64,000 nucleotides of DNA from Lama guanicoe (lineage: Eukaryota): assembly GCA_013239625.1 (NCBI GenBank), contig MU054925.1, forward strand, positions 310,001 through 374,000. The letters are read 5' to 3'. The notes under the pieces are model-generated. The model made no database searches. It was not told the DNA's origin and worked only from the letters and a program-made list of their open reading frames with translations. Position numbers and translations under genes: made by a program. Shown here piece after piece: positions 24,137-34,800 of the stretch. Each line of letters begins with the position of its first letter. The stretch's first letter is position 1.

Positions 24137-24142
24137 TTTATT
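24137..24142 (-). terminator. CELSR3 poly(A) signal (3'UTR ~24115-25826)
   Basis: AATAAA on the minus strand with downstream U/GU-rich sequence. Confidence 0.75.
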
Positions 24143-24624
24143 CCCAAAACAGAGCGCGGCTTCACGGAACAATTTACACAGACAGGGAAAGGAGCCACTG
24201 GGCTCGAGAGGGGACCTCTGGAGAGGGGCATCTACAGAACCTAGGACACAGCAAGGACAACCCCCTCTCCCCACGGCAGGCCCCTCAACCCTTCAACGGC
24301 TGGGGACACTCGATAAGGAGAGCTGGGGTCCTGGCTGGCGGGATTTGGCACCAGTCAGTAAAGCAGAGCTTTCAGTCTCTTTCAAAACTGCCTCCCAAGA
24401 GTGTGCATGAAGGAGTGGGGTGTCTGCACCGACCCTTCACAACCCTGCTTGGTCACTGTTCCCCATGGTAAGAGGATGCCTACTGGGCCTGCTGTTCTAC
24501 AGGGACTCAGGGCTGACCTTTGGCCTGGGAGAGTGAGGGGTTAGAAACCCCTCAAGGTGGCCAGGTTCAGGGTCCTCACAGGTGGGTCCTCCACACCCCT
24601 CTCCCACATTCTCTACCTTTCATT

Positions 24625-25165
24625 TGTAAACAAAACAAAAAAAATATTCTCAACGGTAAACAAAGTGTAAAAGTTCAAAGTTGTAAGTTGTAAACAAAGT
24701 TTAAAAGTGTTTTCAACCTTGACCTGTAAACAAAGTAACAAAATTTAAAAGTCCCCATTTCTGGACATCAGACAAAGTAATAAAAGTGAGTTTGTGAACA
24801 TGGTCCTAACAGTCATTTTTCCCTTTAGAAGGGAATTAAGGAGGGATGGAACTGAGTCACTTCCTGCAGCCCGGGTGCCTAGGGCCAGGGAGGCTCCTGT
24901 AAACATGGGAGGCAGTGGCACCTACATTCTGAGTCTTCAGTTCCCTTGTTTCTGCTTCTCCCTTTGCTTCCACCACCAACCTCTCCTGCAGAATAAATTC
25001 CAGCAGGGGGCAGTGTCAGGGAATCAAATGGCACCACAGACAACTTTTACTGACAGCAGGGGCAGGGGCTGGCAAATAACCCCTCCATCCACCTTCTGCA
25101 GGAATGTCTGAATAGAGGCCTGAGCCCCTCCCCATGGGAGAAAGGGAAGCCTTGCTCTGTAAACA
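24625..25165 (-). promoter_or_regulatory. Cluster of six miR-30-5p seed matches (TGTTTAC[A]) in the CELSR3 3'UTR
   Basis: Plus-strand TGTAAACA at 24625, 24689, 24725, 24898, 25158 and GTAAACA at 24656. Confidence 0.75.
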
Positions 25166-25826
25166 TGACATCTGCTGCTCCACCAGCGCCCCACAGCATC
25201 AGTCCTGGGTCATAAGGCAGTAAGTGGCAGGGACTCACGTAATGAACACACACATCCATGGGGAGGGACACAAGAGTGAGCCCCTGTGAGGAGGTCAGAG
25301 GACCCCTGTTTCCAAGACCAACTCCCAGTCCCAGAAGTTTGGCCCCTGGGATATCCAAGAAAAAGCAAAGATCAGTTCTGCACTTTTGGCCCTGACGATA
25401 TTCAGATCTACCTGGGCGGGCAGTGGAGGGGTGGGGAAGGAATTTACCCCTCCTGTCTGAATCCACCCTGGTAAGATGAGAGGAAATATCATATAATTTG
25501 CCAGGGACCCAAAAGGGGCCAAACTCTGCACCTCTTTCCCTCTGTCCCCCTCCCCCTCCTAGCCCAGCCTCAGAATCTGGGAGACAGAAAAGCTGAAAAA
25601 TAACATAAGCATATCTGGTTACAAAGGTACAAAATGTATAAAAGTCCTCCCTTCAGTTCCCTCGCTCTGCGCTCACACGCTCACACGTCAGCACTGTAGC
25701 AACGGGGAAAGCTGGGGGGCGAGGGGTGTAGGAGGCTGCCTTGGGATCAGCCTCTGACTCCGGGAGTCTTCTGTTCACCCAAATCCTCCATCGCCCTCGG
25801 CTGTTCCTCATCCACACGTCTGCCCC

Positions 25827-28800
25827 TCAGGAGTGACTCTCACTTCTGGGAACTCTGCAGAGTTGAATGTGGAGTCACAGGTGGTTGCTGTCAGGTGGCT
25901 CTGGACACCCCCCCCACCAGACCCAGCGTGGACCACCTCTCCTTACCTCCCCCAACACCTTTGCCTCTCAGTCCCTAGCCCCAGACTCACCAGCAAGGCC
26001 CCCTGGCTGGCCACCTATGTCTTTTCTCTAAGTGCTTAGCAAGCACCTGACAAATTGTGTCTCAAAAGTCTCCATGTCTCAAAGAGTTTGTTACTACAGA
26101 CACATTTTGCAGATGAGGAAACTGAGGCTCAGAGAAGTCAAGTGGGACTCCAGAACCTGAACCCCTGCTCAGTTCCCCAAGCACCCCATCCCCCAACAGC
26201 CAGACCCCCAAGGCAGGAGCCAGGGGGTGCTCCCAGCTCCCTCTCCTCTCTACCCCAGTATCCTTCCAGGGCTCTGGGCACCAGGCCCCCAAATCCCCTG
26301 CCTCTCCTTCCTGTCTCCTCCTCCAACTCTGCTCAGGTACTGTTGGTCTCCTGCCCCACTCCCAGGGTGCCCTTCCCTCCAAAGTCACCTCTCACCCTAC
26401 AGACCTCCGCAGAGCCTGACCTAGCTGTCCCTCCTTTGGAAACTCAACTCTGCTTTTGGCTTCCAAGACCTGGGAATTTCTGATTCCTACTCACTCCCTC
26501 TGCATTTTATTTTTATTTTGCTATTATTATTATTGTTAATTTACTTGGGGGGATAATTAGGTTTATTTATGTTTAGAGGAGGTACTGGGATGGAACCCAG
26601 GACCTTGTGCATGCTAGGCATGTGCTCTACCACTTGAGCTATACCCTCCCCCCTCACTCCCTCTGAATCCTGTAATTCAGCTGCTTCCCAGGTATGTCTG
26701 CCATCCCCTACCCTACAGATACCCCACAGGCACCTGAGATGCACCAGGTCCCAACTCAGTTCCTGTGTGTACTAGCCCAGTCTCCACAGGCAGAAGGAAC
26801 TTAGTATTGACTGAGTGAGTAAATGAATGAATGATTTACTCCCAGTTCTTCAGCCTGGCATATAAGGCACCCACATCCTGGCACTACTTCTGGCCCCTTT
26901 CTATTCCATTCTACCCCCTAAGCAAATCCTCCCAAGTAGAGACCCCTCCTCTCCTCCTTGCCCCTTCCACATATTGGGCTACCTCCCACTTCTAGGCCTT
27001 GGCTCTGCCTGCCCCCTTCCACTAGCTCAGGCTCTTTGGAAGGCACCTTGCTCTCTTTAGTTCAGGAGGTGCAAGGGAGGGTGGTTGGCCCTAGGCATAC
27101 AGCTGACAAAGTCTGGGCTCATCACCCCATTTGCTGCCAGATTTCTGCCCTTGGCCTGTGGCCCCTTGGCAGTGCTGAGCCTGGGGTAGCCCATGCTGTC
27201 TGCCAATTCCCGCTCCATTCTGTGGTGGAACACAGACCCAGGTGCCCAGGAAGTTGCCCTAAACTGATGGGGATGTGAGCAGGTGGCTGGACCCTGCTTA
27301 CTCTGAGTCCGGGGACAGCTCCGAGATGCTGTGGGACGTGGCAGAACGTGGCGTGGAGGGCCCAAGAGCAGAGGCTGTGGCAGAAGGCGTGGCTGTAGTG
27401 TGAGGGCCCGAGGGTGTGCTTGAGGACTGCACGGAAGAGGAGAGAGCCGAGGAGTTGAAGGAGGCAAGGATGGAGGACAGAATGTCCAGCTGCTCTGTGG
27501 AGGGGCCGTGGCTGGGGCCACTGGCTGGGTCTTCCCTGACTCTGAGCAGCTGCGGTGGGGGCCCGAGGCCTTCTCGTGAGGGGTGCCGGCTAGGCACACG
27601 GTCCAGCCGCTCCCCCGAGTTCGATTTCCTGGACAGAGAGTCCAGGGGCCGGGATGGCAAGAGGGGGTCCCTTGACAGTTGTCGCTGGGGAGATAGTGGC
27701 AGAGGCGGGGGCTGTGGGTCAAGGTCCCGGGCACCATGTGGCGGGGGCAGCGTGCGCATCCACTCGCAGGGTCCCCCTAGGTCCAGCGCATCGCGTGACC
27801 CAAAGCGGCCGGCTGTGGCACCAGGATAGTCCCTGGGTGGCTGCCTCCGTGGTAGGGTGCTGCCCCGATCCCTGGGCTCCAGGCGGCCTGGCACAGCATC
27901 CAGGTGTTCCTGGGAACCTGGTCGACTCAGGGGACGCAGGACAGGGGCAGGGGCCTCCTCCAGTCGCTCACGACTCAGCTGCCGGCGAAGAAGCAGATCC
28001 AGCTGTTCTCGAGAGGAGTAGCGGCTGGCTGGCTGCGAAAGGCTGCCTGTGCCCCCTCCAGCATAGATGCGACCATAGGAGGCAGCCGGCACAGCACGGT
28101 GGCCCAAGGTGGCTGCACGGCACCAGGACAATTCCGGGGCACCCCGGGTCTGTGGCACCAGTGGGTACTGCAATCGGTTCTTCAGGATGCCTAGAGGGGG
28201 AGCAAATAGAGGACAGGGTGTGTACGTGGTGGAGGGTGGAGCAGGAACCCCCTGGGTCTAGGAATGCAGCAGCCCCTGGAATCCCTGTGACACAGGGTTG
28301 GGGGCAGAAACGCTTTAGGGAGAGGGTGCAGAGGTAGCTCCTGGGAATCCTAGAGAGGCTGCAGGACAGGGGTAAGAGTGGGGAGGCAGTAATCCCTTGG
28401 GTCAGGACAGGGGCAGTCCTCAGGGTACAGGGGCAGGGGCAAACCTCCCCCCAAGGTCAGAGAAGGGGCAGCCCCCAGGTCCTGGTAATGCAGGCCAGGG
28501 TCCAAGGGGCAGGAATTCCCAGGGTTGGGGCAGGAACAGTCCTCGGTGGGAAGTCTCTGTGATGCAGTGGTGAAGGCAGAAACCCCTTGAGTTGAGACAG
28601 GGAAAATCTCTTGGGATCCTTGTAAAGCAGGGTAGAGGGCCAGAAAATTTCCAGGTTAGAACAGAATTTGTGGGTTCTGAGGCATAGCAGCTCCTAGGAT
28701 CCTTACAAAGCAGACTGGGGTTGGAGGAAGGGGAGGAATCCCCTGGGGTGAGGCGGGAGTGGCCACTGGGGTTTCCATGGTGCTGGCTAGGGTACGGGGG

Positions 28801-31800
28801 GGGGGGGGNNNNNNNNNNNNNNNNNNNNNNNNNNNNNNNNNNNNNNNNNNNNNNNNNNNNNGGGGGGGGGGGGCAGGCAGTTCCCAGGTCAGGATGGGGC
28901 AGTCCCCAGGGACCATAAAGCAGAGTAGAGGTGCAGAAACCTCCCAGATCAGAGCGAGAGAAGTTCTCAGGATCCCTGTGAAGCTATTTGGAGTAGAAGA
29001 ATGAAATTCCCTGAGTCAGGGCATGGGCAGTCCCCTGGGTATAGGCCAAGGTCAAGGATCCACACCTTTTCTCTGGCGCTGGGCCCGGCCCAGGGAGGTT
29101 TCATCTCCACTAGTCAGGGCCAGGTCCGGCTGGTTGTTGTTGGCTGCGTCCTTGCTGGTATCCAGCCCCAGGCGCCTTTCCGAGCCCCAGGTCTGCAGAG
29201 CACAGGGAGTAGCCTCGCATTCCCCCAGGGCTGGCCAGTAAGACAGGAGGTCATTGCCATCCACATCTGTGGAGCCAGGGCAGGTTACAGGAGCCTCTGG
29301 GTTGACTCCAGTGACCATGGCCCCTGTGACCCAGACTCAGTGACCCCCAACCCTAAAGACTCCTGAAATCTGGGCTATTCTCATGGAGCAGAGGTAGGAA
29401 TAGGAAGGTGTCTCTCAGAGGTCAATGGAACCATCTAGGGAGAGGGTTACTGATAAGCACTCCTACTCCTGACTGGAGGTGGACAGAGACTGGAGGTGGG
29501 GGAACCTGATGGCTGAGGGGTCGGGAAGACCAGGCTGAACCTCAGCCCTCAGGGAAGAGGATGAGCTGGAGGGATGACATGTCACCCTATAAAAATCCCT
29601 GACCTCATTCTTCTGTTACCTGGGCCATTCCTGGGTCTTTGGCTAACAGAACTCTGCTGGGAGGCTGGATGGGGAGAGGTACGTATGGGCCCAATGATGA
29701 CCCCGGGTCCCCAGTAGGTTGGTCCCAGGACTCCGCAGGGGATAACAGGGTCCCTGGGTTACACCCAAGTGTAATATGGGGTATCTCTTGGTCACTTGTT
29801 GGGTAGAAGGCCCCATCACCTTTGGGGTGGGTGAGGAGCCTCTCACTCTGCGCTGCTCGGCGGAGAGGACGCTGGAAACGCCCCCGTGTCCGGCCGTTGT
29901 CCTCGCTTTCTGAGGATGGGATAGACAGACTTCTCTCCTCCTCCAAGGACAGGTCACTGTCAGAGTCGGAGTCAGCACCTGAAGTTGGGAAGGTCAGGAG
30001 GAAGGCCTAGCAGTGGCCTAGGGAGGCAAGGGACTTGGGGGGCTTGTGGGAGGCAAAAACAAGGGGCTGGGGCTGGGAACTGGGGAGAGCTTGGAGTTGG
30101 GGTAGGAACAGAAGGCTGGGACTTGCCAGGAGAACCAGGGCTGGGGGATAGATGCCTCCTGGGGCAGTGACTTCAGGAAAGATCTCCCCAGGACAGTCAG
30201 CAGCTACTCCCAGATTGGGGCAGAAGAAAGGTGAATCAGGGAGATCCTCTGCCTCCCTCCTCCCTGGCCCAGGCTCCCACCTCCACCAGCATCTCGATGG
30301 AACATGGCCACGTCCAGGTCAGTGGGGCCAGCGTGAGCCTGGACGCTGTGGTCAGTGTGGTCAGCAGCTGAGCCATGTCGAACCAGGACATTGTCCCTGG
30401 AAATGCAGGAGAACCCCCCATCAAAGAGGGATGTGATGGGGTGCCCTGGAGGCAGGGACGTCTGTAGGTGCACAGCCAGCTGTGTGTGGAATGGCTCTGA
30501 AGGCACCCCTGGGTGTGTGGCAGGAAGCATCTGGGGCAGAGGCAGTAGCAGAGGCCCAGCTGGCTGAGATGGGAGGTGCCACCCCAAGGACGTGGTGATG
30601 CCAACCCCTGGCAAAGTGCGGCTGGTCCGAGCTGTGTGCGCCCCTCGCGAGGAGGCCACTCCCCTCACCTGAGGTAGCTGCGGCCCCGCTGGCTGTCTTG
30701 GTCCTGGGTCCGGCCGGAGCGGGCACTGCTCACTGAGGAGATGGTGGAGGCACCGAGAGTGATGCGGATGAGGCCACTTTCCTCGAAGAGAGCCGTGTTG
30801 TTGTAAGCCCCAGGCCCCTGGGGGAGGTGGGTGGGACAGGAGCATGAGCCAGCCCTGGAAAAGCCTCAAAGCCTGGCTTCCCGGGGGCCCCACCCTCACT
30901 CCCCAGCTCTGGGAGCCCCTCACCGTCCCAGCCGCTGGCCTGGCCTCCTCGGGCTCTGCCTTCCTGCCCAGACAGGCTGGTGTCCAGGCGGCTCGAGTGT
31001 CTGCATTCACGACACAGAACAGCAGCAGCACCACCAGGCCCTGTGGGTCAGCAAGGACCAGTGTGGAGTCAGTGAGAGGTCAGAAATGAGGCAGAGGACA
31101 GGGTCAGGCCACCACAGGGTCAGTTAGGGCCAGGGTAGGTCACCATGGGTCAGCAAGGGGGATCAGTCATTGCAGGTCAGAGTGAGTCAGTGATGAACCT
31201 GAGGCAGAACCCAATAAGGGAGTTAAATCAGCAGAGGCAGTGAGAGGTCAGAGTGGCCCGAGTGACCAGAGTCAGTGCAAGTCAGTGTGGACCAGCAAGC
31301 AGCCAGAGATCTTAGTGCCGGTGAAAGTCAATCCAGGATCAGTATCAGCCTGGTGTCAGTCATCCCATCTGGGGTCAAGGCCCCAGGCCCCACCCTGCTG
31401 AAGCCCCCTCTGGTCCAGGGTGAAGGAGGGGTGCTGGAGTTACCTGGAGCCCAGAGAGGCCAGCGTGGAGGTAGTGGAAGGCCAGGACACTGTGGTTGAC
31501 CGCCAGGAGGCCGAAGAGCCAGGAGGCACTGACCAGCAGAAGGAGCAGAAAGGAGCTGCGAAGTGTCCTGCCGCAGGAACATGAAAGGACACAGCACACG
31601 CGAGGGTCACACAGGGCTCACGTGGGGGACATAGGAGGACACACAGGAGTCACATAGGGGACACCCAGGGGATAGGGAAGGAAAGGGATTCACACAGAAA
31701 CATGGAGGTTTTGGGAGGACACTCAGGGAGACTGGAGGTCACAGAAAGAACCAGAGAGAACTCAGGCAGTCATGAGGGGACATGGGGAAAACACACAGGA

Positions 31801-34800
31801 AGGAGGTTGGAGCCTGAGAGAAAACATGGAAGGCAGGTGGAACACATTGGACAGGGGGCCAAGTGAGCCACCCAGGCCATGGGAGACTGGGAAGATGGCA
31901 GGGTGGAAGCGTGTCTGGAGCCAGAGTAATGCAAGGGCACCAGAGAGGGACCGCTGGCCAGGGCAGGTGTGACTTTGCCCCAGCCCAGAATCTGGAGCCC
32001 AGCCTGCACCAGGGATGCTCCAGGAATCCCAGACCCCACTCAGGAGAAGGCTGCCGTTCTGAGAATCCCCCACTCCCCCCAGCCAGCCAACTCACAGCAC
32101 AGAGGTCTTCTTGGCCTCCCTCTGCCCAGTGGAGCAGGATGTGCGGGCAGCGAGGAGAAACATGGTCCCATTCATCTGGACCCACGGCCAGACATGTGGA
32201 GCAGGGGCAAGGCAGAGAGAGACAGAGATAGTGAGAGACAGACAGAGACAGAGACAGAGAGAGGCTAAGACTCAAAGAGAGAGGCAGAATGAGTAAGAAA
32301 TACCAACAGACACACACACACAAAACAAAGATCAAAAACAAAGAGAGGTAGAGGAGCTTAGAATCAAAAAAGAAGTCAGAGAGTAACCAGGGAGGGACTG
32401 AGAGTTGGAGACGAGAGAGAGACAGTGGCGGGGCGAGGCAGTCTCTGAGCCCCGCACCTCCCATCTCTATGCCAGTTAAACAGGAACAGAAATGGAGGCC
32501 GAGCCCAGGAAGCCTGTGGACGGCCACTAGCGCCCCTCAGCTAAAACCACCACACCAGCTGCAGGGCCACCGTCCCCACCCCAAGGGGAGCACACAGGTG
32601 GCACTGAGTGAGGGCACTCACCACGATGACAATGACGACAGGGCCTGCAAAACTCCAGATGAGGGGCTCATGGACCGAGATCCAGCAGAAGTCAGGGTTC
32701 CCATAGCCTTCGGGATCCAAGCCGACAGCCAGGCCTGTGGGGGAGAAGGGAGAGGATGGATGGGGCATGTTCTAGAGTTGCTGACCCACTCATGTATGGG
32801 GAGAAGCTGGGGGCAGGGGCAGGGCAGGCTCCTCCCTGAGCAGATGGCACGGAGGAGTGAGGATGGGGTCATGATTAGGATGGGGGGCAGGGGTCAGGCC
32901 ACTGAGGAAGGGCGGTTGGGGGTCACAGGCCCTCACCCAGCAGCACAGCGGGGACGCCCCAGCCCAGGGCATGGTAGAAACGCATGGCGCCGCGGTCCAC
33001 ATTGCGTGGCTCGACCTGCATGCGGTAGAGGTGCAGCCCCTGCACAAGCAGCCACGCGAACGTGCTGAGGAAGAAGTAGTGCAGGAGGATGGCGACCGCG
33101 GTGCACACCAGCTGGAGGCAGGGTAGCGGGACGTCAGGACCTTTCCTGCCCTGCCCCGCCTCTATCCCCTCAACCACCCCAGGTTACCCCAGCATCCTGC
33201 CCCAAACCCGGGCCCCAGCCTGAGCATCCCTGACCTCTGACCCTGAACTCTGGCCCAGGCCTTCCCAGGGCCTGGTGAGGTCATCAGGACACAGATCCCC
33301 TGGCCCTGACCCGGCACCTGGTTTTGGGTTCTGTGGATCCCCAGCAGGAAGAGGAGCTCTGCCACCCCCAGGGCGGCAGCCACATTGGCATGGATGCCAC
33401 GCATGTTGGACTTGAGGCTGCGCAGGCTCAGCAGGACAGCTGCGGTCAGCAACAGTGCGGCCACAGACACCGATATGACCATGTGGGTGAACACAGCCAG
33501 CAGCTCCAGGTCGCCCTCTAGCCGCTGTGGGGATAGGATGGTCGCTGGGGTGTTGGGCACCCCTGCTTTTGACCCTCCCACTTCCTCAGGACTATGAATA
33601 TAGCCCCACCTCGCGGGGGGAGGCATCCATGAGGATCCCAAAGGTGCCCGTCCGGCTGCAGCGACACCGTGCGTGGGACCCATTCCTGTGCACCAGCTCG
33701 CAGTCCCGTGCTGTCCAAGTGCCATGCCGGTCCACCCTGCAGCCACAGGGCAGTTAGACTTACCATCCCTTCTGGGGGATGCCCCATTGCCAGGCGGGGT
33801 TTGAGAGACAGTGGGAGGGGCTGAGGGCGCCTGGAGTTGGGGAGCAGCATTCCTTGTGGGCCTGGGCACACAGGGGCGTTGGTGGGGGCCCCAGGGGTAG
33901 GCTGGGCCTCCCGGGGGCTACCAGGGGGACCAAGGGTTTCCAGATTGGAGGTCCTCACGGGCCAGGCGGGTCCCACTGCACACAGATGGCCTTGCTGCGA
34001 TTCGCAGTCTGTAGCAGGCGGAACTCAAGGCTGATCGGGGACTCCAGGACACCCCTTAGGAAGCTGCGTCCATGGAATACAGCCACGCTGACCACCGGGG
34101 AGTTCATAACAGGGTTCTGGGGAAGCCTGAGGAGACACCCCACCTGGGCTTGGACACTGCAGACCTCCCCCTGCTCTGACCACCCACCTTACTGTCTTCA
34201 CGCCACCTGCCGTGGCCCAGAGTCTGGGATGCCCCAGAGTGGATGTTGTTTCTGAGAACCCCTTTGGCCTCTGCTAGGCTGCTTCAGGACTGGGAGTCCA
34301 TGGCCTGGTTCTGCAGAAATGCAGCCGAGGGGCTTTGGACCCACTCTCCACACTGGGGTCTGCAGCTTGAGAAGTTCCAGACTGCCTCAAACTGCCCTCT
34401 CCGCCACCCCCAGCTGACCTCCCTCAGTCAGCCTGTCTTCGCCTGTCTCTATCAGCCAGTTCGCCTGCCTGTACTTGGCTCCTGTAAACTCCTTCATGTG
34501 ACCACCCCCAGCTGTGGCTCCTCATCTGTCTGCTACTCTCCACAACTTCCCAGAACATGATTTACATGGAGCCCAGCATGGATAAAGCTCCCAGGGCTGT
34601 GGGCAGAGGCGTCTCTGTATGACTGTGAAACTGCTCATTTGTCCCCCCAAAATGGGGGTGCTCAGTTGGGTAGAAGCTCATAAGAAGTCCAGGGGTGAGG
34701 GGCCCGGGAGTAACTCTACTCCTACCTGGCACCCCGGCGCTCAGCCTGGAACTGGGCAGGGAGCAGCCCCCCCAAGGTGCGGTAAACCAGGAGGATGATG

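Noticed and set aside
33427-33442. RE1-like TCAGCA-GGACAGC in CELSR3 exon 24
   Set aside because: Incomplete left half, wrong spacing, and explained by Leu/Ala/Val codons.
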